A stretch of DNA of 64,000 bases, taken from positions 96,001 to 160,000 of the forward strand of contig CAXXUO010000008.1 of NCBI GenBank assembly GCA_963666485.2, given 5' to 3'. Of this stretch, positions 1 to 9,114 are shown one piece after another. Positions within the stretch are counted from its first letter, which is position 1. Every line of letters starts with the position of its first letter. Origin of the DNA: Syntrophorhabdaceae bacterium (GTDB lineage Bacteria; Desulfobacterota; Syntrophorhabdia; Syntrophorhabdales; Syntrophorhabdaceae). The notes under the pieces are model-generated. The model ran no database searches. It saw only the letters and a list, made by a program, of their open reading frames with translations, and was not told where the DNA came from. A program made the translations under genes and the position numbers.

Positions 1-687
1 CGGAAGGCCCATCGGGGCGATCAGTCCGCCGAGAATGGTTATGACGATCGGGAAGAGCATTTTTGTCGTTTTGGACACCGTCTTCTGGTGTGTCTTCATG
101 ATGACGACTTTTTCCTTTTTCGTCGTGAGCATTCTCATGATAGGTGGCTGGAGGACCGGAACGAGGGCCATATACGAATATGCCGCGACTGTAACCGGCC
201 CCAGCAAATGTTGCGCGTATTTCGAGGCCACATATATGACAGTAGGACCGTCACAAGCGCCGATAATACCGATGGTCACAGCGTCCTTATGGGGGAAACC
301 CAGGGCCAGGGCGAGAAGCAGGGTGATAAATATCCCGAACTGGCCGGCCGCACCCAGAAGGAACGTATAAGGGTTCTCGAGTACCGGGCCGAAGTCCGTC
401 ATCGCTCCTATGCCGACGAATATGAAAAGCGGAAAGAGCTCCGTGACAACGCCGGCATCATAAAGGATGCGAAGGAAGCCGTCTTTTTCCATAAGCCCGG
501 CAAGAGGTACATTGACAAGAATACATCCAAACCCGATAGGAACTAAAAGCAACGGCTCGCAATCTTTCTTAATGCCGAGCCATAACAGCAATCCGCCAAT
601 GATCATCATCACGGGATGCGACCAGTGCAGGTTCGCGAAGCCAGCTATCAACCCATTCAAACCACTCATTACAGAATCAGCAAACAT
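1..687 (-). CDS. Sodium ion-translocating decarboxylase beta subunit (OadB/MmdB/GcdB family), 3' end outside window
   Basis: Not in ORF track. Manual translation from ATG 687 (GGAGG upstream): MFADSVMSG...CEPLLLVPIGFGCILVNVP...ELFPLFIFVGIGAMTDFGP...IGIIGACDGPT...AAYSYMALVPVLQPPIMR, which are OadB-family motifs. Confidence 0.92.
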   Translation of the reverse strand, partial: MFADSVMSGLNGLIAGFANLHWSHPVMMIIGGLLLWLGIKKDCEPLLLVPIGFGCILVNVPLAGLMEKDGFLRILYDAGVVTELFPLFIFVGIGAMTDFGPVLENPYTFLLGAAGQFGIFITLLLALALGFPHKDAVTIGIIGACDGPTVIYVASKYAQHLLGPVTVAAYSYMALVPVLQPPIMRMLTTKKEKVVIMKTHQKTVSKTTKMLFPIVITILGGLIAPMGLP

Positions 688-705
688 GCGCTCATCCTCC
701 CCTGA

Positions 706-837
706 TTATTCTTCGTCTTTTCTATACGGAAAAACTTTTTTAAGGGCAGACATTATGAGGCTAAAGACAATAAGGGTGCAAATCGTTCCGCCCATTCCGA
801 CAACAACCATCGTAAAGCCAAAGGTCCATTTGTCCAT
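706..837 (-). CDS. Small membrane subunit of Na+-translocating decarboxylase (OadG/gamma-delta type), 43 aa
   Basis: MDKWTFGFTMVVVGMGGTICTLIVFSLIMSALKKVFPYRKDEE*; one TM helix with VGMG motif; AGGAGG upstream; immediately precedes the beta subunit. Confidence 0.8.
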   Translation of the reverse strand: MDKWTFGFTMVVVGMGGTICTLIVFSLIMSALKKVFPYRKDEE

Positions 838-1016
838 GATCTACCTGTCCTCCTGGCTGCATAGTGAGATGTGCTAAAAAAAGCTGAAATTGCTGTAAGA
901 AATTAGCCCACCATTGAATTATAGTCAAGTGAAATAGTTAACAAAGACGGTGCATGCGGAATTTTTTCTGTTTCTGCTATCTTAGACGGGTGATTTCCGA
1001 GGATTTCCTGTTACTT

Positions 1017-1352
1017 TCAGGAATTCTGGTCAGGAAGCTTTTTTCGCGCTTTATCTATAAAAACGATCCCGATATATATCAGCAGGACCATGGGCACGAA
1101 AAAGAGCCGGAAAGGGATCTTCTCGATCCTCATCTTCTTCGGGTCGAGCCCATTCCCCGGGTTTTCAGTTCCCGTTTTTACCGGCGGGGCAGAAATTTGC
1201 TGATTATTACCCGTTATCCTGATCCCGGTATTATAGAAATTGTCCATGAAACCCTTGTTAATATCGAAACCCGATACGAACGGCAGAGCAAATAACGGTA
1301 TCAAGAGACCGAGGATGATGAGAAAAATGCCTTTTTTCTTCGTATTTTCCAT
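1017..1352 (-). CDS. Hypothetical membrane protein (2 TM)
   Basis: ORF with two hydrophobic segments and basic termini; family not recognised. Confidence 0.6.
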   Translation of the reverse strand: MENTKKKGIFLIILGLLIPLFALPFVSGFDINKGFMDNFYNTGIRITGNNQQISAPPVKTGTENPGNGLDPKKMRIEKIPFRLFFVPMVLLIYIGIVFIDKARKKLPDQNS

Positions 1353-1392
1353 AACCCCCACACTATATCAGGTAAGGAGTGAAAAGAAAAGG

Positions 1393-1482
1393 GTTCCACC
1401 GTTCCACGTTCCACGAAAAAGACGGGCTCAGGTTGATGAAGGGAATTTTTTTACGTGGAACGTGGAACGTGGAACGTGGAAC
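1393..1482. repeat. Inverted pair of heptamer tandem arrays, (GTTCCAC)x3 ... (GTGGAAC)x4
   Basis: Units at 1393, 1401, 1408 and reverse-complement units at 1455, 1462, 1469, 1476. Confidence 0.9.
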
Positions 1483-1490
1483 GGTTTCTT

Positions 1491-1519
1491 TTGACATAGT
1501 TACCTGCAGGGGATAAGAT
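1491..1519 (+). promoter_or_regulatory. Putative sigma70 promoter of ispG
   Basis: TTGACA (1491-1496), 17 nt, TAAGAT (1514-1519). Confidence 0.55.
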
Positions 1520-1556
1520 AACCACGACATTCATTAATCCATTCGAGGACAGGGAA

Positions 1557-2618
1557 ATGAAACGGAAAAAAACAAGGCAGATCAAGGTGGGAGGCGTGCC
1601 CATAGGGGGCGGCGCCCCTGTCGTTGTGCAGTCGATGCTGAAGACAAACCCTGAAAATTTCAACGAGACCCTGATACAGACGCGGGAACTCAAAAAAGCG
1701 GGGTGCGAACTCGTGAGGATTGCCCTGCCCCAGGAAGAGACCTGCAAGATCATTCCTTTCCTTAAAAAAGAGGTCGATGTCCCGATCATCGGCGACATAC
1801 ATTTCAACCATAAAATTGCGCTCAAGGCGATGGAGGTCGGGATAGACGGCATCCGGATCAATCCCGGCACTATAAACAACCTGAGAAAGGTAAAAGAGGT
1901 CGCCGTCGTGGCCCGGGACACGCATACGCCGGTGCGGCTCGGGATGAACATCGGGTCGATCGAAAAACGTGTTTTGAAGAATTATTCGCGTCCGAACGCC
2001 GATGCGATGGTCGAAAGCGCGCTCTACCACATCGCGCTTTTCGAAGACATCGGCTGGACGGAGCTCAAGGTCTCCCTCAAGGCATCAGACATACAGGAAA
2101 CCATCACTGCATACAAGAAATTCTCGAAGCGGTCGGATTACCCGCTTCATGTCGGGATAACCGAGGCAGGCCCCGTTTTCTCCGGAGCGATCAAATCCGC
2201 GATCGGGATCGGCATACTTCTCAATGAGGGCATCGGTGATACCATCAGGGTATCGCTTACGGGCAATCCCGTGTTCGAGGTTGTTGCGGGATATCACATC
2301 CTCAGGGGCCTGGGGTTGCGTAAAAGGGGAATCAATATCATCTCCTGCCCCACGTGCGGCCGCACCAAGACGAACCTCGCTCAGATCGTCGAGGAATTCG
2401 AGAACGAGGTCAGTGAATTCGACGCCTACCTCGACGTCGCCATCATGGGCTGCGAGGTGAACGGCCCCGGCGAAGCCCGCGAAGCCGACATAGGCCTCGC
2501 CTTCGGCGCCACAAGCGCAATGCTCTTCAAGAAAGGAAACGTCATCAAGTCGGGGATACCGAAAGAGATGGCCAAAAATATGCTGAAAGAAGAGATCTAT
2601 AATATGATCAATAAATGA
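1557..2618 (+). CDS. ispG: (E)-4-hydroxy-3-methylbut-2-enyl diphosphate synthase
   Basis: VVVQSM, GDIHF, RINPG, HVGITEAG, GIGDTIRVSLT, CPTCGR and MGCEVNGPGEA motifs. Confidence 0.97.
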   Translation: MKRKKTRQIKVGGVPIGGGAPVVVQSMLKTNPENFNETLIQTRELKKAGCELVRIALPQEETCKIIPFLKKEVDVPIIGDIHFNHKIALKAMEVGIDGIRINPGTINNLRKVKEVAVVARDTHTPVRLGMNIGSIEKRVLKNYSRPNADAMVESALYHIALFEDIGWTELKVSLKASDIQETITAYKKFSKRSDYPLHVGITEAGPVFSGAIKSAIGIGILLNEGIGDTIRVSLTGNPVFEVVAGYHILRGLGLRKRGINIISCPTCGRTKTNLAQIVEEFENEVSEFDAYLDVAIMGCEVNGPGEAREADIGLAFGATSAMLFKKGNVIKSGIPKEMAKNMLKEEIYNMINK

Positions 2619-2620
2619 TC

Positions 2621-2732
2621 GTTCAAAGTTCAAGGTTCAAGGTTGTAGTACTGGGTTGGCAAATGAATTCAATTTGTTGGGGGTAGGTGTTTTTGGTTTT
2701 TAACCTTGAACTTTGAACCTTGAACTTTGAAC
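2621..2732. repeat. Inverted pair of heptamer arrays, (GTTCAAR)x3 ... (YTTGAAC)x4, between convergent genes
   Basis: Units at 2621, 2628, 2635 and 2705, 2712, 2719, 2726. Confidence 0.88.
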
Positions 2733-2736
2733 CTTT

Positions 2737-3324
2737 TTATCTTTCGTTGCTTCTCTTCCACACATGCACCACCCTCTGAACCACGGTAACGTGCGTCAGC
2801 ACGGCTAAGATAATTACAACATAATTGAGAAGAAGCGGGATGAAAAGGCCGATAAGAACGAGGACGATCCTTTCCGGGCGTTCGAGGAGGCCGGTTTTGC
2901 ATTGGATGGCTGCGGCTTCGGCGCGGGCGCGGGCGTAGGGTATGAGGGCCGTGCCGATGACGGCAATGAAAGCGGCCAGCGCCAGATATGGCTCGTTATG
3001 ACGGACGTATACCAGCATGATCGCTCCCGTGACCGTGAGGTCCGTGTATCGGTCGAGGACCGAATCGAGGAAACCTCCAAATTGAGTTACCCGGCCCTGC
3101 GTGCGGGCGAGGGCCCCGTCAAGGATGTCGAGAAAACCGGCGACAAGAAGGGCTATGGCGCCAAGAGCGGGATGTTCGAAATAGACGAGGAATGCACAGA
3201 GGAAGCCGAAAAGAGTGCCCGTTATGGTGATCATATTCGGTGAGATGGCCTTGCTTCTGAAGACGAAGCGGCATAAGGAAACAGCCACGGGGTCGAGCCG
3301 GTGACCGATCTTTGGGCCAATCAC
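2737..3324 (-). CDS. CDP-alcohol phosphatidyltransferase (phosphatidylinositol-phosphate synthase-like)
   Basis: Signature DILDGALAR...GGFLDSVLDR, PNMIT, YARARAE, ERPER; directly downstream of ino1. Confidence 0.9.
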   Translation of the reverse strand: MIGPKIGHRLDPVAVSLCRFVFRSKAISPNMITITGTLFGFLCAFLVYFEHPALGAIALLVAGFLDILDGALARTQGRVTQFGGFLDSVLDRYTDLTVTGAIMLVYVRHNEPYLALAAFIAVIGTALIPYARARAEAAAIQCKTGLLERPERIVLVLIGLFIPLLLNYVVIILAVLTHVTVVQRVVHVWKRSNER

Positions 3325-3334
3325 GTACGGCTCC

Positions 3335-4426
3335 CTACCGGGATCTTTCGCCCCGGATAAACTCCTCGACCATGGCGCGGGCCGCCTCGTCGGGGAATTG
3401 CCTGATCGGGTGCTTCATCGTGTACGCGGATATCGATTCCAGGACACCTGCGATGCCCCTGTCGCGCGCGACCTTGCAGCAGCGTACCGCATCTATGATG
3501 ACCCCTCCGCTGTTCGGCGAGTCTTCGACGGAGAGCCTCAGTTCGCAGTTGATCGGGATGTCACCGAATATCCTTCCCTCGAGGCGCATGAAACAGACCT
3601 TGTTGTCTTTCTGCCAGGGAACGTAATCGGACGGGCCGATGTGTATATTGTCCGCAGGGATCGGCACGTCGATGTTCGACTGTACCGCCTCGGTTTTGGA
3701 TATCTTCTTCGATGTCAGCCGTTCCCGGTTGAGCATGTTGAGGAAATCGGTGTTGCCCCCGGTGTTGAGCTGGTACGTATTGTCAAGTTTTACGCCGCGG
3801 TCGTTGAAGAGCTTGGCGAGCGTCCGGTGGATAATGGTGGCCCCGATCTGGGATTTCACATCATCGCCGATGACCGGTATGCCCTTTTCTTCGAACCGTT
3901 TTGCCCATGACGGGTCTGAGGCTATGAAGACGGGGATGCAGTTGATGAGGCTTACGCCTTTTTCGAGACAGGCTTCCGCGTAGAAACGCGCGGCCTTTTC
4001 GGACCCGACCGGAAGATAATTGAGAAGGATATCGACTTTTTTATCCTCGAGCACGGCCGCTACATTGACAGGTTCCGCACGGGAAATGACGAACGTGCGC
4101 TCGTCCGGGTACTGCTGCATGTGGGGCGCCACGCCGTCGAGAACATTGCCCATCGATACGGAAACACCGGTAGCCGGGATGTTGGGTTCGATCGTCTTTG
4201 TGCAGTTGGGCGCCGCGAATATGGCCTCCTCGAGAGGCCTGCCCACCTTGCGCTCGTCGATATCAAAAGCCGCCACGATCCTGATATCGCCGGGTGCGTA
4301 CCCGCAGATGTCATGATGCATAAGGCCTATCGATTCCCGGCTTTGCCGGGCATAATAGAAGATACCCTGTATCAGCGAGCTAGCGCAGTTCCCCACACCG
4401 GCAATAGCAACACGAATTTCAGGCAT
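3335..4426 (-). CDS. ino1: myo-inositol-1-phosphate synthase
   Basis: GVGNCASS, NYLPVGSE, GDDVKSQIGAT, YQLNTGGNTDFLNM, HIGPSDYV, EDSPNSGG. Confidence 0.96.
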   Translation of the reverse strand: MPEIRVAIAGVGNCASSLIQGIFYYARQSRESIGLMHHDICGYAPGDIRIVAAFDIDERKVGRPLEEAIFAAPNCTKTIEPNIPATGVSVSMGNVLDGVAPHMQQYPDERTFVISRAEPVNVAAVLEDKKVDILLNYLPVGSEKAARFYAEACLEKGVSLINCIPVFIASDPSWAKRFEEKGIPVIGDDVKSQIGATIIHRTLAKLFNDRGVKLDNTYQLNTGGNTDFLNMLNRERLTSKKISKTEAVQSNIDVPIPADNIHIGPSDYVPWQKDNKVCFMRLEGRIFGDIPINCELRLSVEDSPNSGGVIIDAVRCCKVARDRGIAGVLESISAYTMKHPIRQFPDEAARAMVEEFIRGERSR

Positions 4427-4490
4427 TGCATCTCCTTATATCGATCGTTCTTTCAGGAATATATGTCCTGACGCCCTAAAAAGACAGGAC

Positions 4491-5063
4491 TCACCGCCTG
4501 TAGCGTTCTGTACCGGCCTCGTAGAGATCGTTCCCGAAAATGTCATTAATGACGAAAAGCGGCATGTCCTTCACCTTAAGCCTCACAACCGCTTCCGGGC
4601 CAAGGTCCTCATAGGCAATGACATCCGCAGCGACAACCGTACGTGCCAGAAGCGCGCCGGCCCCTCCCGTCGCCCCGAAGTAAACTGCCTTATGTTCTTT
4701 CAGCGCATTCTTTACCGCTTCCGAGCGCTTACCCTTTCCTATCATACCCTTCAAACCGAGAGATATCAACCCCGGCGCATAAGAATCCATACGGGAACTG
4801 GTCGTGGGGCCGCAGGACCCGATGACACTTCCGGGGGGAGCGGGAGCAGGGCCGCAATAATAAATGACCTGCCCCGTGATGTCGAACGGCAACTCACCGC
4901 CCGATGCTATCGTCTCCGAGAACCTCTTATGCGCCGCATCCCGGGCAGTGTAGATGAAGCCGGACAGGAGGACCTTGTCCCCGGCCCTGAGCGTACCGAT
5001 ACGGTCGTCAGCAAGCGGCGTCTCTATTCTTTTTATCGCGTCGTTTCCGGCTGCGCCCGTCAT
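4491..5063 (-). CDS. Fe-S hydro-lyase beta subunit (class I fumarate hydratase/tartrate dehydratase)
   Basis: TARDAAHKR, GPTTSSRMD, MIGKG, LGPEA; start taken at the ATG overlapping the alpha subunit stop. Confidence 0.93.
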   Translation of the reverse strand: MTGAAGNDAIKRIETPLADDRIGTLRAGDKVLLSGFIYTARDAAHKRFSETIASGGELPFDITGQVIYYCGPAPAPPGSVIGSCGPTTSSRMDSYAPGLISLGLKGMIGKGKRSEAVKNALKEHKAVYFGATGGAGALLARTVVAADVIAYEDLGPEAVVRLKVKDMPLFVINDIFGNDLYEAGTERYRR

Positions 5064-5899
5064 AGGACCGCCTCCTTGATCCTGTGAGCGTGGCACTGGA
5101 TATTGACGGCCACAGGCAATGACGCAAGATGGCAGGGCGCCATCTTTATGTGAACATCGAGCGCGGTCACGGTGCCTCCGTACCCCTGCGCACCGATGCC
5201 CGTCTTGTTTATCTCGTCGAGCATCTCTCTTTCCAGGTCCGCCATCTCCCTGTCAGGGTTTCGCTCACCGGGAGGCACCATGAGCGCCTCCTTGGACAGC
5301 AGGGCCGACATTTCAAAATTCCCGCCTATCCCCACGCCTACCGTGATCGGGGGACAGGGGTTCGGGCCGCCTTTGCGGACCATGTCGAGGATAAACGCCT
5401 TGACGCCCTCTCTTCCCTGGGAAGGTGTGAGCATACGGACCTCGCCGTAATTTTCGCTCCCGCCTCCCTTCGGCAGGACGGTGATCTTCAGTTTGTCCCC
5501 GGGAACGATCTTCGTGTGAATGATGGGCGGCGTATTGTCCCCGGTATTCTTGCGCGTAAAAGGATGGCAGCATGATTTCCTCAAGAAACCGTTGCGGTAC
5601 GCCCGGCGGACGCCTTCCGCGACGGCGTCGCCAAGGTCGCCGCCCGTGATGTGCACATCCTGCCCTATTTCGAGAAACGTTACGGCGAGCCCCGTATCCT
5701 GGCAGATGGGCATGCGTTCTTCGCGTGCAACATCGGCATTCCTGAGCAATTCCCGGAGCACTTCCTGTGCGACGGGTGATTCCTCCCTGTCGATAGCATT
5801 CCTGATAGCGTCTCGCATATTCTCGGAAAGGTTTAGATTGGCATCGATGAACAGGCGTTCTATCGTTGATATAATATCGTCGGTATGGATCTCGCGCAT
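5060..5899 (-). CDS. Fe-S hydro-lyase alpha subunit (class I fumarate hydratase)
   Basis: PICQDTG, KGGGSEN, GPNPCPP, QCHAHR. Confidence 0.94.
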   Translation of the reverse strand: MREIHTDDIISTIERLFIDANLNLSENMRDAIRNAIDREESPVAQEVLRELLRNADVAREERMPICQDTGLAVTFLEIGQDVHITGGDLGDAVAEGVRRAYRNGFLRKSCCHPFTRKNTGDNTPPIIHTKIVPGDKLKITVLPKGGGSENYGEVRMLTPSQGREGVKAFILDMVRKGGPNPCPPITVGVGIGGNFEMSALLSKEALMVPPGERNPDREMADLEREMLDEINKTGIGAQGYGGTVTALDVHIKMAPCHLASLPVAVNIQCHAHRIKEAVL

Positions 5900-5913
5900 T
5901 GCCGGTGTGCCCC

Positions 5914-7260
5914 TTATTCTTCGTACGGGGCTATAATGCCCTTCTCCATGAGCAGCCCCACTTCGTCCTGGGCCCTGCGTATCTTGGTAACGGCCATATT
6001 GTAGAGTTCCTTTTCATCTATCGTCAGACGCGCCACTCCCTGCTTCATTGCCATTTTCGCAACGGCTACCGCCTCGCGCGGGAAGACCTCCCATTCACTC
6101 ATCGTCGGAAGCAGGTGGTCCTCGTCGAGCCCTTTGTCCTCGGCGAACCGGGCAAGCTCATATGCGGCCGCGATACACATCTGGTCGGTGATCGTGCGCG
6201 CCATGACGTCGAGGGTACCCCGGAAGATGGCAGGAAAACCGACCGAATTGTTTACCTGGTTCGGAAAATCGCTTCTGCCCGTCGCCACGATCCGCGCTCC
6301 CGCCTCTTTCGCATCCCACGGCCACATCTCGGGTATCGGGTTCGCACAGACGAACACGATAGCGTTGTCGGCCATCGACGCGACCCAGTCTTTCTGAATC
6401 ACGTCGGGCCCCGATTGCGACAGGGCGATCAGGACGTCCTGCCCTTTGAGCGCCGCGGCCGTGTCCCCGTCACGATCTTCCCCGTTCGTCGTCTGCGCGA
6501 GCTCGAGCTTTTCCTTGTAGTTTGGCTTTATATCATCGCGTTTGCGGTTGAGTATGCCCTTGCTGTCGACGACGATGATCTTCTTCGGGTCGGCGCCCGC
6601 CTTGATGAGCATACGCACGATGCAGACGTTCGCGGCCCCGATGCCGATCATCGTGATCTTCGCGTCTTCGATCTTCTTGCCCACGATCTTGAGCGCATTG
6701 ACGAGGCCCGCCAGCGTCACGGCAGCGGTCCCCTGCTGGTCGTCGTGCCACACGGGTATCGGCGATTCCGCCCGCAATTTTTCAAGGATATAGAAACATT
6801 TAGGGTTTTCAATGTCTTCAAGATTGATCCCGCCGAACACGGGGGCGATCAGTTTAACCGTCCGTATGATCTCATCGGGGTCCTTCGTATCGAGGCATAT
6901 CGGGAAGGCATCCACGCCGCCAAGATATTTGAAAAGAAGAGCTTTCCCTTCCATGACGGGCAGTCCGGCCATGGGGCCGATATCGCCTAAGCCCAGGACC
7001 CGCGTTCCGTCACTGACGATGCCGACAGTGTTTCCCTTGTTCGTATATTCAAAGACCTTTTCGGGGTTCTTATTGATCTCTTTGCACGGTTCCGCGACGC
7101 CCGGGGTATACCATATGGCGAAATCATTGATGTCCCTTATGACGCACTTCGGTACCATCTCTATCTTTCCCTTGTAAAAGGGGTGCATTTTCATGGCATC
7201 AAGCGCCGGTTTCCGCGCTTTTTCAAGTAATACTTCCTTAGTGACCCTTTCGTCGCTCAC
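5914..7260 (-). CDS. NAD(P)-dependent malic enzyme
   Basis: YTPGVAEPC, DGTRVLGLGDIG, FGGINLEDI, HDDQQGT, ATGRSDFPNQVNN; GTG start at 7260 after GGAGG. Confidence 0.95.
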   Translation of the reverse strand: MSDERVTKEVLLEKARKPALDAMKMHPFYKGKIEMVPKCVIRDINDFAIWYTPGVAEPCKEINKNPEKVFEYTNKGNTVGIVSDGTRVLGLGDIGPMAGLPVMEGKALLFKYLGGVDAFPICLDTKDPDEIIRTVKLIAPVFGGINLEDIENPKCFYILEKLRAESPIPVWHDDQQGTAAVTLAGLVNALKIVGKKIEDAKITMIGIGAANVCIVRMLIKAGADPKKIIVVDSKGILNRKRDDIKPNYKEKLELAQTTNGEDRDGDTAAALKGQDVLIALSQSGPDVIQKDWVASMADNAIVFVCANPIPEMWPWDAKEAGARIVATGRSDFPNQVNNSVGFPAIFRGTLDVMARTITDQMCIAAAYELARFAEDKGLDEDHLLPTMSEWEVFPREAVAVAKMAMKQGVARLTIDEKELYNMAVTKIRRAQDEVGLLMEKGIIAPYEE

Positions 7261-7311
7261 GACACGCCTCCATTCATTTTGCACTTGTGTCCAACATTTT
7301 ATTATAAAGAC

Positions 7312-7397
7312 AGTAAGGAGTAAAGAGTAAGGAGTGAGGAGATAAAAACCCGTCCGATAATTTACTTCTCCTTACTCCTTACTCCTCACTCCTTACT
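7312..7397. repeat. Inverted pair of heptamer arrays, (AGTAAGG-like)x4 ... (CCTTACT-like)x4
   Basis: Left 7312-7339, right 7368-7397. Confidence 0.88.
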
Positions 7398-7405
7398 TTC
7401 ATTCA

Positions 7406-7434
7406 TTGACAATGGGCGTAAAATTGTTTATTTT
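7406..7434 (+). promoter_or_regulatory. Putative sigma70 promoter for the tRNA
   Basis: TTGACA (7406-7411), 17 nt, TATTTT; 11 nt before the tRNA 5' end. Confidence 0.5.
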
Positions 7435-7445
7435 ATTGGAAAATT

Positions 7446-7518
7446 GGGCCCATAGCTCAGCTGGAAGAGCCACCGGCTCATAACCGGTAGGTCCTTGGTT
7501 CGAACCCAAGTGGGCCCA
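7446..7518 (+). tRNA. tRNA with CAU anticodon, probably tRNA-Ile2 (lysidine); CCA not encoded
   Basis: Acceptor GGGCCCA/TGGGCCC, anticodon arm ACCGG-CTCATAA-CCGGT, T arm GTTCGAA. Paired first base excludes the initiator; C4-G69 and C5-G68 fit TilS determinants. Confidence 0.9.
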
Positions 7519-7573
7519 TTGAAAATGCATATGGTGAAAAAATTTCTCATAGAACCGGATATCGACTAACGAA

Positions 7574-7610
7574 GAGGGGGTGTACCAACGGGTACACCCC
7601 CTCTCATTTT
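7574..7610 (+). terminator. GC-rich hairpin after the tRNA (possible intrinsic terminator)
   Basis: GAGGGGGTGTACC-aacg-GGTACACCCCCTC followed by TCATTTT. Confidence 0.55.
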
Positions 7611-7623
7611 TGGAGGAAATACT

Positions 7624-8334
7624 TTGGAGCGGGAACTCGAAACTCTTTTTGAAGCTCAGAAAATTGAAACCCAGATAATGGAAGGTGAACAGAAACTGCT
7701 TCAGGCGCCGAGACGCCTCAAACAAATGGAAGAAGAACTGCTCGCGGTCCAACAAAAGATCGACAGGGAGAAGGAAATAATCGACGAACTCGAAAAGGAA
7801 AGGCGCAAGAAAGAAAAAGAGCTCGAGGTAGACAAGGAAAAGATAAAGAAGCTCGAGGTACGGCTCTATGATGTAAAGACCAACAAGGAATACCAGGCCC
7901 TTTTAAAGGAGATCGAGGCAGCGAAAGAAGTCAACGACCGTACCGAGGAAGATGTTCTCGTCCTCATGGAAAAGGTGGAAGATCTCAAAAAGGATTACGA
8001 AAGTTCGCACGTCCATCTCAAAGAGATCGAAAAAGAATCCGAGGTAGAAAGGGCAATTATCGAGAAAGAAGTAAAGTCCATGGATGAGATCATTGAAAGG
8101 CTCAGCCAGGAGAGGGACAACCTTCTTTCCATTGTCAGCGAAAATTTACGGAACATTTACGGCATTCTCAAAGAAAGGCGCGGAGGCATCGCAGTCACTA
8201 ACGTCAGGAACGGTGTGTGCCTTGGCTGCAATATGAACATCCCGCCGCAGCTTTTTATCGAAGTAACGAAAAACAAGCAGCTCATTCAGTGCCCGAGCTG
8301 CAACCGCATACTCTTTTTCAGAGAAAACGATTGA
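7624..8334 (+). CDS. Coiled-coil protein with C-terminal C4 zinc ribbon (DUF164-type)
   Basis: Long charged coiled coil, KTNKEYQALLKEIE, CLGCNM...QCPSCNRIL; usual neighbour of rnhA/rnpB. Confidence 0.9.
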   Translation: MERELETLFEAQKIETQIMEGEQKLLQAPRRLKQMEEELLAVQQKIDREKEIIDELEKERRKKEKELEVDKEKIKKLEVRLYDVKTNKEYQALLKEIEAAKEVNDRTEEDVLVLMEKVEDLKKDYESSHVHLKEIEKESEVERAIIEKEVKSMDEIIERLSQERDNLLSIVSENLRNIYGILKERRGGIAVTNVRNGVCLGCNMNIPPQLFIEVTKNKQLIQCPSCNRILFFREND

Positions 8335-8722
8335 TGCACTGGCATATCAATGTCGACGGTGCATCGTCGGGCAACCCCGGAAAGTCAGGCGCGGGGATCA
8401 TTGCGCGTGACGGCGACGGGAAGATCGTCCTGTCAAAAAGCATCTTCCTCGGAGAGATGACCAACAATATGGCCGAGTACGAGGCTCTGCTCATCGCCCT
8501 TACCGACGCGGCCGCATATTCCGTAAAAGATGTCACTGTCTACACGGACTCGCAGCTGGTCGCCAACCAGGTCAACGGGCTGTATAAGATCAAGAACATG
8601 GTCCTCTTTCAGTATGTGAAAAAAATAAAACAAACCATAAGCAATTTCGATCATTTTGCGATACACTATATTCCGCGGGAACAAAATCGGGAAGCCGATA
8701 AACTTGCGAAGGATGCCATATT

Positions 8723-8732
<10 letters not shown>
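8334..8732 (+). CDS. rnhA: Ribonuclease HI
   Basis: VDGASSGNPG, TNNMAEYEAL, TDSQLV, IPREQNREADKLA; ATG overlaps the upstream TGA. Confidence 0.93.
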
Positions 8733-9085
<353 letters not shown>

Positions 9086-9114
9086 AATATGACCATCCCC
9101 CTTCACGAGCCTAT

